Below are positions 51,486 through 64,000 of a stretch of 64,000 nucleotides of DNA, in pieces. Position 1 is the first letter of the stretch. The number at the start of each line of letters is the position of its first letter. The translations under genes and the position numbers were made by a program. Below the pieces are notes generated by a model, which ran no database searches, was not told where the DNA came from, and saw nothing but the letters and a program-made list of their open reading frames with translations. Source of the stretch: Octopus vulgaris (lineage: Eukaryota); NCBI GenBank assembly GCA_951406725.2, contig OX597817.1:135160001-135224000 (forward strand). Reading direction: 5' to 3'.

Positions 51486-53651
51486 TTTATTGTCTTTGCA
51501 CATCTTCTAACGCTGGAGATGTACTACAGCGTCAGCTGTTCACTACCAGTGAACTAAGGTAACACCTCTTAATTTTGGAGCACCTTCCGGAGCATTCGAG
51601 CGGTTCCAAGCAGTACTGTTTTCTGCAAGTATTCTACTCTTATTGCAGCCTATATTTGTTCCATGTACTTCTCAAGATTTTTACTCACTGTTCCCAGGGC
51701 TCCCACAATTATTGGTACTACTACCACCTTTTTCATCGACCACAACTGCTTAATCTCACAATATAACCTGTCATATCTCTCGACTTTTCTTTCTTCCTTA
51801 TCGCATTCCTTGTTGTCAACTGGGCATGGTATATATCTATGATCCAGCATAGTTTGCTTCCTTTCTCAATTAACACTATGTCTGGTTTCCAAATCTCTAT
51901 CTCATGGTTGCACTGAATCATAAAATCCCATAGGAACTTTGCATCAACGTTTTCGATGATGTTTATGTTCGTACCAATGTTTTGATCTGTTAATCCATAC
52001 TTCTTGCAAAGTGTGCAATGATGTCTCATATTTTTTCTGCGCTAGTGGCGTACATTAACTGGTAATATGCCATAAAGTTTTAACTTTTTGTTCACATACT
52101 TTGCACTAGTCACTTTCTGATGTGTTGTCTATTCGGTATTTGATGTAATTCGTTCTTAATGCTTGCTCTTGGGCAGCACAAATTAGAACAGCACAAATTC
52201 GTTTCATTTTTTAGGTCACTTTTAGTTATTCATAGCCTTCTTTTTTCTCTGTCTTTCTTATCTTCAACATCCCTATGAAATTGTCCATGCATTCTTTTAT
52301 TTATCCACCAATTTCAAATTTCATTCATTCAAGTATTTGTACGGTGCTTTATCTTTGCAATCTTTCATACTACACAAACCTGACTTCCAATAATAGCAGT
52401 TCTGTGACATTTTTTTACATACCATGCTATGTTGTTTTCTTCTGCTCTAATGCTGTGTTCGCATCCAATAAGTCCTCTCTCCCTCTTTTTCTTGGTACAT
52501 ACAGTCTGTCTGTGTCACTTTTTGGGTGGAGTGACCCATATCTAGTAAGCAACTTTCTTGTTTTTCTGTCTAAGTTGTTTAGTTCGTCTACTGTCCATGC
52601 GCGTACCCTTGCACCATATCTAAGGAGTGAAACCGACCAGGTGTTGATAACTTCGATCTTATTCCATCCATTCAATTTCGACTTTGGAATCAATCTCAGT
52701 CGGCGCAAGTGCTCCACCTTAAATTTTTCTGTCATTTCTTTCTCCATCAATTCATCTCATTTCCAATATCCCCAAGTACTTATAGCCCATCTCTTCTATC
52801 TACTTCATAACCTCCCCCGACGGTATCTTTAGCCCGTCCATACATTTGATTTTGCCTCTCTTTAATACTAACACACCACACTTTCTCAGTCCGAACTCCA
52901 TTCTGATATCAGCACTGAAAATATACACCGTATCAATGAGGGAACTGACTTGGGATTCCTCTTTACCATAAGGTTTGAGGTCATCCATGAATAACAAATG
53001 GTTGACTTTTTGTAGGCGGCTTTTGAATACGTGCCCAGCTTTTGCTTTCTTTAGAATCAGTGTTAGTGGTATCAAGCACAGTACAAAGATGAGTGGGGAC
53101 AGGCATTCCTCTTGGAAGATGCCCTCCTTATTTCTACTCTCCCTAAGCTTCTTCCGTGTGCTGTCATGTCTGTCCTCCAATTCGCCATACTTTTTCCAAG
53201 TAATCGCTCAACATTCGATGCAATGCCAAACAGGTTCATACACTCCATAATCTAAGAATGTGATATCATATCATACGCCTAAGGATAATCGATCCATGAC
53301 ATGGCTAAGTTACTTTTCCTCCTCTTGTAGTCTCAAAGTACAGTTTCGTCTATCAGGAGTTGATCCTTGGTACCTCTGCACTTACGCTTGCAACCCTTCT
53401 GCTCATGTGGCAGGACTCTATTTTTTTCCAAATGTTCGTATGTTGATTCTGCGAGTATTCCAGTCAATAACTTCCACATAAGTGACAAACAGGATATCAG
53501 CCTGTGATTGTCTACCGTATTGCCTTTTGCAATGTTTTTCAAGCTCAGCACTATCCTACCCAATGTCAACCACTCTGGTGTTGCTTGATCGGCATTTAAC
53601 AAGGTGCTGAATTGTGCAACTATTCGTGCATGACATTCACCGCATCTTTTG
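51486..53651 (-). mobile_element. Dong/R4-like LINE (RT-RLE), decayed, third family
   Basis: PEWLTLGR, HEQKGC...GTKDQLLID, GIFQEECLSPL, NHLLFMDDLK, FGLRKC, DRLYVPRK, LWDFMIQC, KPDIV, PIIVGALG. Confidence 0.9.
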
Positions 53652-53686
53652 ATTATTATTATTATTATTTTATTATTATTATTATT

Positions 53687-54236
53687 GAGAGAGCAGTGCA
53701 TGCCATCAAAGTGACACTGGAGTAAAATATACGAAGCCCAATATACCCATCATGACTACCCGTCTGATAAAGGTACACCAGACACATGCATCACAACCAT
53801 ATGTGCGCGACATGGTGATCTCATATCAAGATAAACAGCACATGACCTTGCAGGTGGGGCCCAGTTAGAATTTTCTTCAGGTTGAGTAGCCCATCCCGCT
53901 CAAAACGTCCCTGAATAAGGGTTGTTTAAGGATGTTGAAAGAACCACCCATGTTTCCAGAGGTGAATTATTCAAACCCCAAAGAATCCCTCTCAACACAT
54001 GGCTATGATGCTCCCCCACTACTTCTGCTCGTGATCAGAGATGCACATATCGTCAGCCACTAAGGGACATGCTCAACTGGTTAAGGTCAAACAACTGACA
54101 AGCAAATCTGTGGTATTGAGCAGAATATTTGCTGTAGCCCATCTTTTATACCAAGACAAAACAATGTACATGATAACACTTCCAATCAGTTAAGATCAGA
54201 AGCCATGAGAGCCACTGCCTGGTACTGCATCAGGGC

Positions 54237-54238
<2 letters not shown>
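53687..54238. mobile_element. ~555-bp non-coding interspersed element, copy 2
   Basis: See 50738-51293. Confidence 0.8.
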
Positions 54239-54270
<32 letters not shown>

Positions 54271-54273
<3 letters not shown>

Positions 54274-54460
54274 TAGTTTTATTTTTATTTTTATAGCGTG
54301 CTTTCACTTCACTACCGAGCGCAGCTCTGTGTGCCTTGGGTATGTGCTGTGATTTGTTGTGATGCTCTGATGGTTATTGTATGGAAAGTGTTCTATGCGT
54401 AGGATGTGGGCAGTGCCTAGTAGTGCAATTTTCTGTATGTTATATGTGTTTGTAAGTCCT
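54271..54460 (-). mobile_element. 190-bp 5'-truncated copy of the Dong family at 22348-24512
   Basis: Near-identical reverse complement of 24332-24512 (GLTNTYNIQKIALLGTAHILR + 3' UTR). Confidence 0.93.
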
Positions 54461-54482
54461 ATCATTATTATTATTATTATTA

Positions 54483-54525
<43 letters not shown>

Positions 54526-54557
54526 CATCATAATTATTATTATTATTATTATTATTA

Positions 54558-55166
<609 letters not shown>

Positions 55167-55170
55167 TGTT

Positions 55171-55206
<36 letters not shown>

Positions 55207-55494
55207 TTTTACCATGCATTCTTTATTCACATATTTAGAATATATATTTCCTTCACACACATATATCTACTTGTGTGTGCGTCTATTATACATGTATATA
55301 TTTATGCATGAATTGATGTAAGTGTGTACGTATGTACATGTGTATGCATTCATTTGTCTAGAGCGATTTATGATGCACGACATATCACCAGCATTGAGAA
55401 CGACACATGTTTCTTCAGATTCCAAAATTAAAAATGCGTAGCTATATAAGTGTGTGTGCGCGCGTGTGTGCGAGTCTGCATGTGTATGGGCGTT

Positions 55495-55563
<69 letters not shown>

Positions 55564-55979
55564 TACATATATATACATATATATATACATATATATACAT
55601 ATATATATATGAGCAAGCATGTACGGGTAAATAGATATGTATGTCCCACTGTGTTACAATGGATATATGCACTCATATATTTATAAATATTCATTAATTT
55701 TTAATTCGTAAATTTTATACAATTACATGATCTTTTGAGATTGCACATTGTGTGTATAAGTACGTAAGCAAGTGTGTACGTGTGTATACATAAATATATT
55801 TTTATACATATACGTTCGACTGAAATTCTACTAGGCGGGGCCCCGGCATGGGCGCAGTTTGTGAGAAAAACGAAAGGATTCCTGGAAATGTATTTACTAC
55901 ACCACTCAGCCATTTCCCGGAACTCTCCATAGAGAAAGATATGAAACTCTAAGTAATGGTATATCGGAAGTTGGAATTA

Positions 55980-56431
55980 TACGGGAGCGGGGTCTAAAAA
56001 GTTTCTGCATTTGAGCAAAAGAAAATACAGCAGGAACAGTAAATTATGATTTTATTCAACATATTTCCCTTTCAAATTGCAGCAATCCTTCAATTATTCC
56101 ACCCACCGTGAAGACCTTAAAAGTTTGGGCCTCCTCCAAAGCCTTTCACGACACCCTTACAGCCAGGAACTTTTCAGCTCTCACCTTGTGCGTGTGTTTT
56201 CTATATATGCGAAGGAGTTCTGGAAAGTTCCTGACTTTGAGTAAAAGAAAATACCGGAGGATCAGTTAATTATGATTGTATTCAACATGTTTCCCTCACA
56301 ATTTCACATATTTATTGCAGCAGTCCTTTAGTTTTTCTAAACCCTTTGAAAGAACTCGGAAATTTGGGCTTCTCACCAGGCCTTTCGTGAGACCCTTAAA
56401 CCCAGGAACTTTTCAGCCCCACCCCTTCGTA
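55980..56431. mobile_element. Two tandem mariner-type MITEs (~55980-56190 and ~56208-56431)
   Basis: Each runs from ..gaaagttcctg to caggaacttttcagc..c.tcgta (inverted ends) and the interiors are homologous. Confidence 0.7.
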
Positions 56432-56514
56432 ATTGCAGTATTAGACTCAACTTAAACTTAGTGCGTTCTTTTTTTTCTTCCTGTCTTGCTTTGACAATGA
56501 TATCATCAGTTCTT

Positions 56515-56730
56515 TTTCTTCTAACTTGCTTTAATCATTAGATTGCGGCCATGCTGGGGCACGGTCTTGAAAGAATTTTAGTCGAACGAATCGATCCTAG
56601 TTCTTATTTTGCTTTTTATACCTGGTACTTTTTCTATTAGTCTCGTTTGCCGAACCTCTACGTTACAGGGATGTAAACACACCAACACCGGTTTTCAAGC
56701 AGTGGTAGTGCACAAACACAAACATATAGG

Positions 56731-56770
<40 letters not shown>

Positions 56771-57017
56771 TATGCGTGTGTATGTGTGTGTATGCATATA
56801 TAAAATATAACATATGTTTGTGTGCGTATGTGTATACATAAATATACCTATTCACGACAGGCTTCTTTCAGTTTCCGGCTACCAAATCCACTCAAAAGGC
56901 TTTTGTCGGCCCGAGGCTTTGGTAGAGAAAAGACATTTACCCAAGGTTCCGCGCGGTGGGTCTGAACCCGGAATCAAGGGGTTGGGAAGCACACTTCTTA
57001 CCACACAGCCACTCCTG
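56515..57017 (-). mobile_element. SINE family B, full-length diverged copy
   Basis: tgcggccatgctggggcac...acgacaggcttctttcagtttcc...cttaccacacagccactcctg. Confidence 0.87.
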
Positions 57018-57430
57018 TTGTTTCTTGAATTATTCGAAAGGAAATAAGCTTGAGTTGCTATTGGCAACACAATAAGGCTGCTCCAACGTTTGGTCTTCCG
57101 TCTGTTTTAACTACACCTTGTCCTCCATTTGTAATAGCTTCTCTGCATTCTCATTTATTATTTATTATTTAAAACACAGAAATTATCCCCACCATTCTTA
57201 GATATCTGGTACTAAACATACAACAAAGCGCTCCCCACTGGCTTGCATACGAAAAGCATGAACTTCCAAAGCATCATCTAATAGGAGCATGACCTCCGAC
57301 TCAACGGTCTATAGTCTAAAAGCACAAACACTATACATAGCGAACAAACATTATTTTATAAAACATCGCCTCTAGTCATAAATATTGCATAACCTAAACA
57401 CTTCACAACAAGTCTACGAACAACCTTTAA

Positions 57431-57651
57431 TATTATTTTCTACTCTAGGCAGAAGGCCCAAAATTTTGGAGGAGGGGTCCAGTCGATTAGATCAACCCCA
57501 GTACGCAACTGGTACTTAATTTATTGACCCCGAAATGATGAAAGACAAAGTCGACCTCGGCTGAATTTGAACTCAGAACGTAAAGGCAGACAAAATACCG
57601 CTAAGCATTTCACCCCGCGTGCTAACGTTTCTGCCAGCTCCTCGCCACTTT
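57431..57651 (-). mobile_element. SINE family A with 12-bp TSD
   Basis: aacaacctttaa on both sides (57419-57430, 57652-57663). Confidence 0.92.
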
Positions 57652-58349
57652 AACAACCTTTAACATTGACATGACAGCTATATCTCTTTCAACAGTAAGA
57701 TGTTATATGAATTAGTTATGTGATTTAATAGAATCTAGGTACATCAACACATAGGACGCCAGAAATGGCTAGGTACAATAACTTAGCGTTCACACTAAGG
57801 CAAAACAACCATGAAAGTATCATTTGTTGGTAGGACACTGTAGGTATACATGTACCAAATCCAATTTAAACAATAGATCCAACTTTGGGGTTGGTTTCAA
57901 GTGTAGCGTAGGTATAGAAAGAGAACGCAAATAAAGACAAATATTTTACACATAAAGGAGACAGTCTTTTGTGCCTCACTCTCTCCTTTATAATGAGCAC
58001 CATAAAACTAGACTCTTCGAATTTGCAGCAAATGCTCTCACAAGGCCATTTAAGATCTCTCAAAAGCATCATACATATACAACATTGGTGAAACCGAGCT
58101 TTGAGCAATTAAGTACCTGGGTATTTTGGTGGAATCGATTTTATGACCCGCTCTCGACCCTGAAAATGTGTCACGGGGAGTCTGGGCTTGAAATCCTCCA
58201 TAATTTTCTTTAAAGACGGCCGTGGAATACCAGACGATATGCTAATCGGTTCTTGGGTAAATTCTTTTTACACTCTAATCTCAAGATCTTCCCCATTGAA
58301 CTTCAAGTCGTATATAATTGAACTGATCCTCCATTGGTTGAAACGAATT

Positions 58350-58590
58350 GTTTTCCAGTTGATCCGATCAACGGAACAGCTTGCTCGTGAAATTAACGTG
58401 CCAATGGTTGAGCACTCCACAAATACGTGTTCCATTAAAGTAGTTCTTATTGAGATTCGGCATGGCACAACTCATTTTTGCCAGCTGAGTGAACTGATGC
58501 AACGTGAAGTAAAGTGTCTTGCTCAAGGACACAACGCGTAGTCTGGTATCGAACTCACAACCTTATGACCAAGAGCCGAATACCCTTGAC
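58350..58590 (-). mobile_element. tRNA-derived SINE family D, degenerate
   Basis: rc gtgagttcgataccag (B box) followed by CORE-like gttgtgtccttgagcaagacactt. Confidence 0.65.
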
Positions 58591-58672
58591 GAATTACAGT
58601 CTATTTAAATCCATTCACATGTCTCGATCAAAATTCAGGATCAGGTGACAATCTAAGAAATTATGAATATTC

Positions 58673-58886
58673 TTTTCTACTCTAGGCACAAGGCCTGAAA
58701 TTTTGGGGAAGAGGGCCAGTCAATTAGATCGACACCAGTACGCAACTGGTACTTAATTTATCGACCCCGAAAGGATGAAAGGCAAAGTCGACCTCGGCGG
58801 AATTTGAACTCAGAACTTTGCAACAGACGAAATAGCGCTACGCATTTCGCCCGGCATGCTAACGATTCTGCCAGTTCGCCGCCTTG
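58673..58886 (-). mobile_element. SINE family A with 15-bp TSD
   Basis: gaaattat(g/a)aatatt on both sides of a full-length body. Confidence 0.92.
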
Positions 58887-59288
58887 AAATTATAAATATT
58901 ACCATTATTTTGAAAGGTATATGAAGAAAAAAATGCATTCTGGTAGAAAATATGGACCGTTCCTATTCACATGACTAATGTATATCGAACAAATGGATTC
59001 TTCCAGTTGCGCCGATGGTCAACTTGATTCAATCAGTCGTTCATTCATTTCTTCAATTCTATATATTTTTATATTTTTATATTTTTATATTCAAAATGAA
59101 GCAAAATAAATACAAACAAGTTAAACAAAACGACAACAACAAAAAAAAGGTACGAATAACAATTAAAAAAGATACGAAAAATAAGCACAGAAATGCAATA
59201 AAGCGAAGAGTATGAAAACTATTATAGATATGCACAGACATGTAGACACAGACACACACTCACCACACACACACGCACACCCACCTAT

Positions 59289-59323
<35 letters not shown>

Positions 59324-59328
59324 CAGAC

Positions 59329-59365
<37 letters not shown>

Positions 59366-59780
59366 TAGATATATATATATATGTGTGTATGTATATGTGT
59401 GCAAGTGCATATATATATATAAATGTGTGTGAGTGTGTCTGTGAATATACACTAAACTCATAAAGGCACAGATGAGAAAATGGACAATGGTTTAGTAAAC
59501 AAAGAAAAAACACCGGAAACTTACTATCTATACTTTAATATCGGCCATTTTGGATTTTCTCTTTCAGTTTTGTTAAATGATTTTTATTTTATTTATTTTG
59601 TTTTCCCCATAAACAATCAACTCCATTTTTTTAGACAAACGTGGAATTTCCTACATCCCGTTATTTTCTACGTGACAGCAGCAAGTGAACTGCATAAAAT
59701 CAGATCGATTATGGGTATAATTTCTAAATATACATACACACACACACACACATACACATACGAATATACGTGTGTGTATG

Positions 59781-59814
<34 letters not shown>

Positions 59815-59951
59815 CTCATATCATAAAACAAATTAAAATAAGTAGAAAAATGCAATAAAGAGAACATGAAAACATACATTTTTACAGGCATACATAGATA
59901 AATATACTCATACACACGCACGCACACACACACACATATATATATATATAA

Positions 59952-59994
<43 letters not shown>

Positions 59995-60144
59995 AGCATA
60001 AATAGATATATACACACTTATATTTGCTTACTTCCATATATACATGCACACAATAAAATATACATACGCATACATATACTTATATGTGTGTGTGTATGCG
60101 CACGCACCCCCCCCCCCCATATGTATGTAAATATATTCTTTTAT

Positions 60145-60765
60145 GAGTAGTAACCTAAAGGTTGTGACCATACTGGGACGTTGCCAGCATCATCACTTTT
60201 TCAGTGACCATTCCTATACGGTTGGTTCTTGGTGAGCGAGGGTGTCTGTCATTACTACACTCGGTTAAGGTTCTTATGATAATGTACATTAATCTAGGAT
60301 CTTGGACAGAAGGAGACCAAAATGCTCTTTCAAAACATTTATCCGTACCCTTTGAACATCAATCACGTAAGTTGAAAAGATAAATAATGGTCGTAAGCTT
60401 TTCAATTCCATGGTTTTGCAGTATCTGGTTCTCACCGTGGACGTGTTTGGTGAGACTTTGGAATATGACAACTAGAACTTTCTGCAGAAGGTTAGCATCG
60501 AGTGCATTCTTGATTACATGTGCTACTTTTTGTCTAACCTTTTGTGCCATGGGCATATTTAGTAAGAGTAACTACCAGCATAACTGATGGCATGTCTTGT
60601 GAGGCCACCACAAACAGCAGCATCCCCAGGTCAGCTCCCGCAAGCACTCGGCTTGCTATTAATGTTACCTTGGAGAGTGCACAATTCGTTACTACAACAC
60701 TCAGTCATAATACTGTAGAAGCTGGGTAAGGCAAGTTCTCTCGAAGCAGAAGGTACGGTAAGTGC
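60145..60765 (-). mobile_element. CR1-like LINE remnant (RT piece joined to 3' end)
   Basis: [12 protein letters not shown] (cf. GRSCLTQLL) and RTRYC...VLKEHFGLLLSKILD (cf. FK..LD.LL..VPDEP), with tail gtcccagtatggtcacaacc. Confidence 0.6.
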
Positions 60766-60766
60766 C

Positions 60767-60858
<92 letters not shown>

Positions 60859-60920
60859 TGATTGATTGATTGATTGATTGATCGATTGATTGATTGATAG
60901 ATAGATAAATAGATAGATAA

Positions 60921-61027
<107 letters not shown>

Positions 61028-61584
61028 TGTACGCCATTATTGCCAGAGACTTCATTCTCTTTACTCTCTAGATATGTAAATATCTCTATTTTATAGAAAT
61101 GCTATTCTTTCTAATAATCGACATTGCTGAGCATTTCGGTGATGATATGGTATCAGTAGAAAATTGTAGGTGGAGGTATCTAGTCTCTTTGTCTATTGTG
61201 TTTGTTATTCAGGTCGAGTGTGGTTTGGTGGCTGGGGTGTTCGACAGGCGCTCGTAAGATTCTTGTTTTGACGCCTAAACCGAGGGGCACTATTTTTTTA
61301 GCAAAACCCTTCGTTTCCTGTTGTTCCAATCCACACAACTAGCAAAAATGAGTAATCTTGAAACGGACCGGCGTCTAGTCCAGGGGGAATATATATACGC
61401 CACAGAAACCGTGAAACCGTCCCTATGAGACTATATGATTTGCGAGGGATTTTTACCCTTCTCTTTCTGTTCAAATCTGGGTCAGCGACCAACGACTTTC
61501 CTACTGTGACCAACCATTATGGTGAGATTAGTTAACAATCATCATTAACGATAACATCAAGTTGGAAACAATAAGAAACACATT

Positions 61585-61940
61585 TAATCCTCCGCGCGTA
61601 AGCGAAGCAGGGTTATTGTAGTCTCTAGTCTTTGTGTGTTTGCAAACTTATTGAAAAACGGCAGAATGGATTTTCACGAAATTTGGCAAAAATACTCATT
61701 GGGTGAGTGGCTTTCACTCATTGAATTTTGGTTTGATTATCTTTAAAACTGGGGGATAAGTGAATCAAAGTCTTTTTCATTTCTTTGTTACACATGCGTA
61801 AACGATGTGCAGGGGAAATAACTCTTGATGTCATTTTGCTGAAATACGAATTCGTCTGAGAATATAGTTATTAAGTTAAATTTTATTTTATCCTTGTGTG
61901 CGCGCAGGATGTGGATAACCCCTCCAATGACTTTCTTTTA
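61585..61940 (+). mobile_element. Helentron/HINE (DINE-1-like) non-autonomous element
   Basis: Subterminal inverted repeat atcctccgcgcg / cgcgcaggat, core ggattttcacgaaatttgg, small 3' hairpin tgga..tcca, T-rich flanks. Confidence 0.5.
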
Positions 61941-62557
61941 TTTATCTGTTTTCCTTTCAACACAGTCAGAGAGAGATTGGGTTTGTTGGTCAACTGGTTA
62001 ATCGGAGATTAAGAAACAAAAGAGACCAGTTGGGAACATGGGAACGAATTGCATGATCGATGTTATGATAATGGAGTTGTTACGTTTGAATCATCACATC
62101 TATGTCAGGAAGAAGTCCTTGAAAAAACTTTGTTCGAAAATGGTCAGCTTAATTCTCTAGAACTTGTTACAAATGGACATTGCACGCGTTGACTTTGGAG
62201 TTATATTTGTAAGAACTGAAACAAGCGTAATAGATGAGTGCTTGGAGTAAAGAACGTGATGACAATATTGTTCTGTGAAGAACACGAAAAGAAAATCTTA
62301 TGCGATATGTTAATACAACTCATTCAGATTCTCTCCGAATTTCTAAAGAAATTTGTGCCTTTTTATTAAAAGATCTTCAAGAATTGGAAAAATAACTGAT
62401 GACAATTCTGAATAAAGGCGTGTCAAATAACTGTCGTTGATTGGTTGAAAACTGTGGTAGTAGGCGTGTCTTGACAAGTGCTTGAAGGAACAGCTATGAT
62501 GAAGAGTACCAAAATGGCCATCAATCTTGATGACGTTCATGATGCAGAATGTGTGTG

Positions 62558-62597
<40 letters not shown>

Positions 62598-62629
62598 CGC
62601 GCGTGCTCGTGAATCGCTTCCCTTTTACT

Positions 62630-64000
<1,371 letters not shown>

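Noticed and set aside
50738-54238. LTR retrotransposon reading of the 555-bp direct repeats
   Set aside because: No TG..CA ends, PBS or PPT. The interior is a non-LTR RT, separated by TAA arrays and far more decayed.
57060-57900. Possible Gypsy RT remnant on the minus strand (LFKLDLVHVYLQ..., MYLDS)
   Set aside because: One weak motif with stops; cannot be supported without an alignment.

Overview
Eukaryotic, non-genic, repeat-saturated DNA. The SINE families and extreme microsatellite load suggest an octopus or other coleoid cephalopod (inference). No intact host gene, rRNA, true tRNA or CRISPR array is supported, and most ORFs in the track are microsatellite artefacts. Retroelement content: a 5'-truncated RTE LINE with a ~72-bp target-site duplication, several RLE-type Dong/R4-like LINEs inside (TAA)n arrays (one nearly intact), Tx1/L1 and CR1 fragments, three Penelope-like coding remnants plus pLTR fragments, and many tRNA-derived SINEs. 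DNA transposon content: nested Tc1/mariner elements, two maT-like elements, MITEs, a piggyBac remnant and non-autonomous Helitron/HINE elements. Most notable observations: (1) eight minimal hammerhead-ribozyme-like motifs from about six unrelated sequence contexts, two of them sitting in the loop of long inverted repeats; (2) a discrete ~555-bp non-coding element present twice with near-identical ends, each time inside (TAA)n, a candidate Dong-mobilised non-autonomous element; (3) a 5.7-kb (TAA)n 'landing pad' holding several co-oriented Dong families. All counts and pairings were done by eye.
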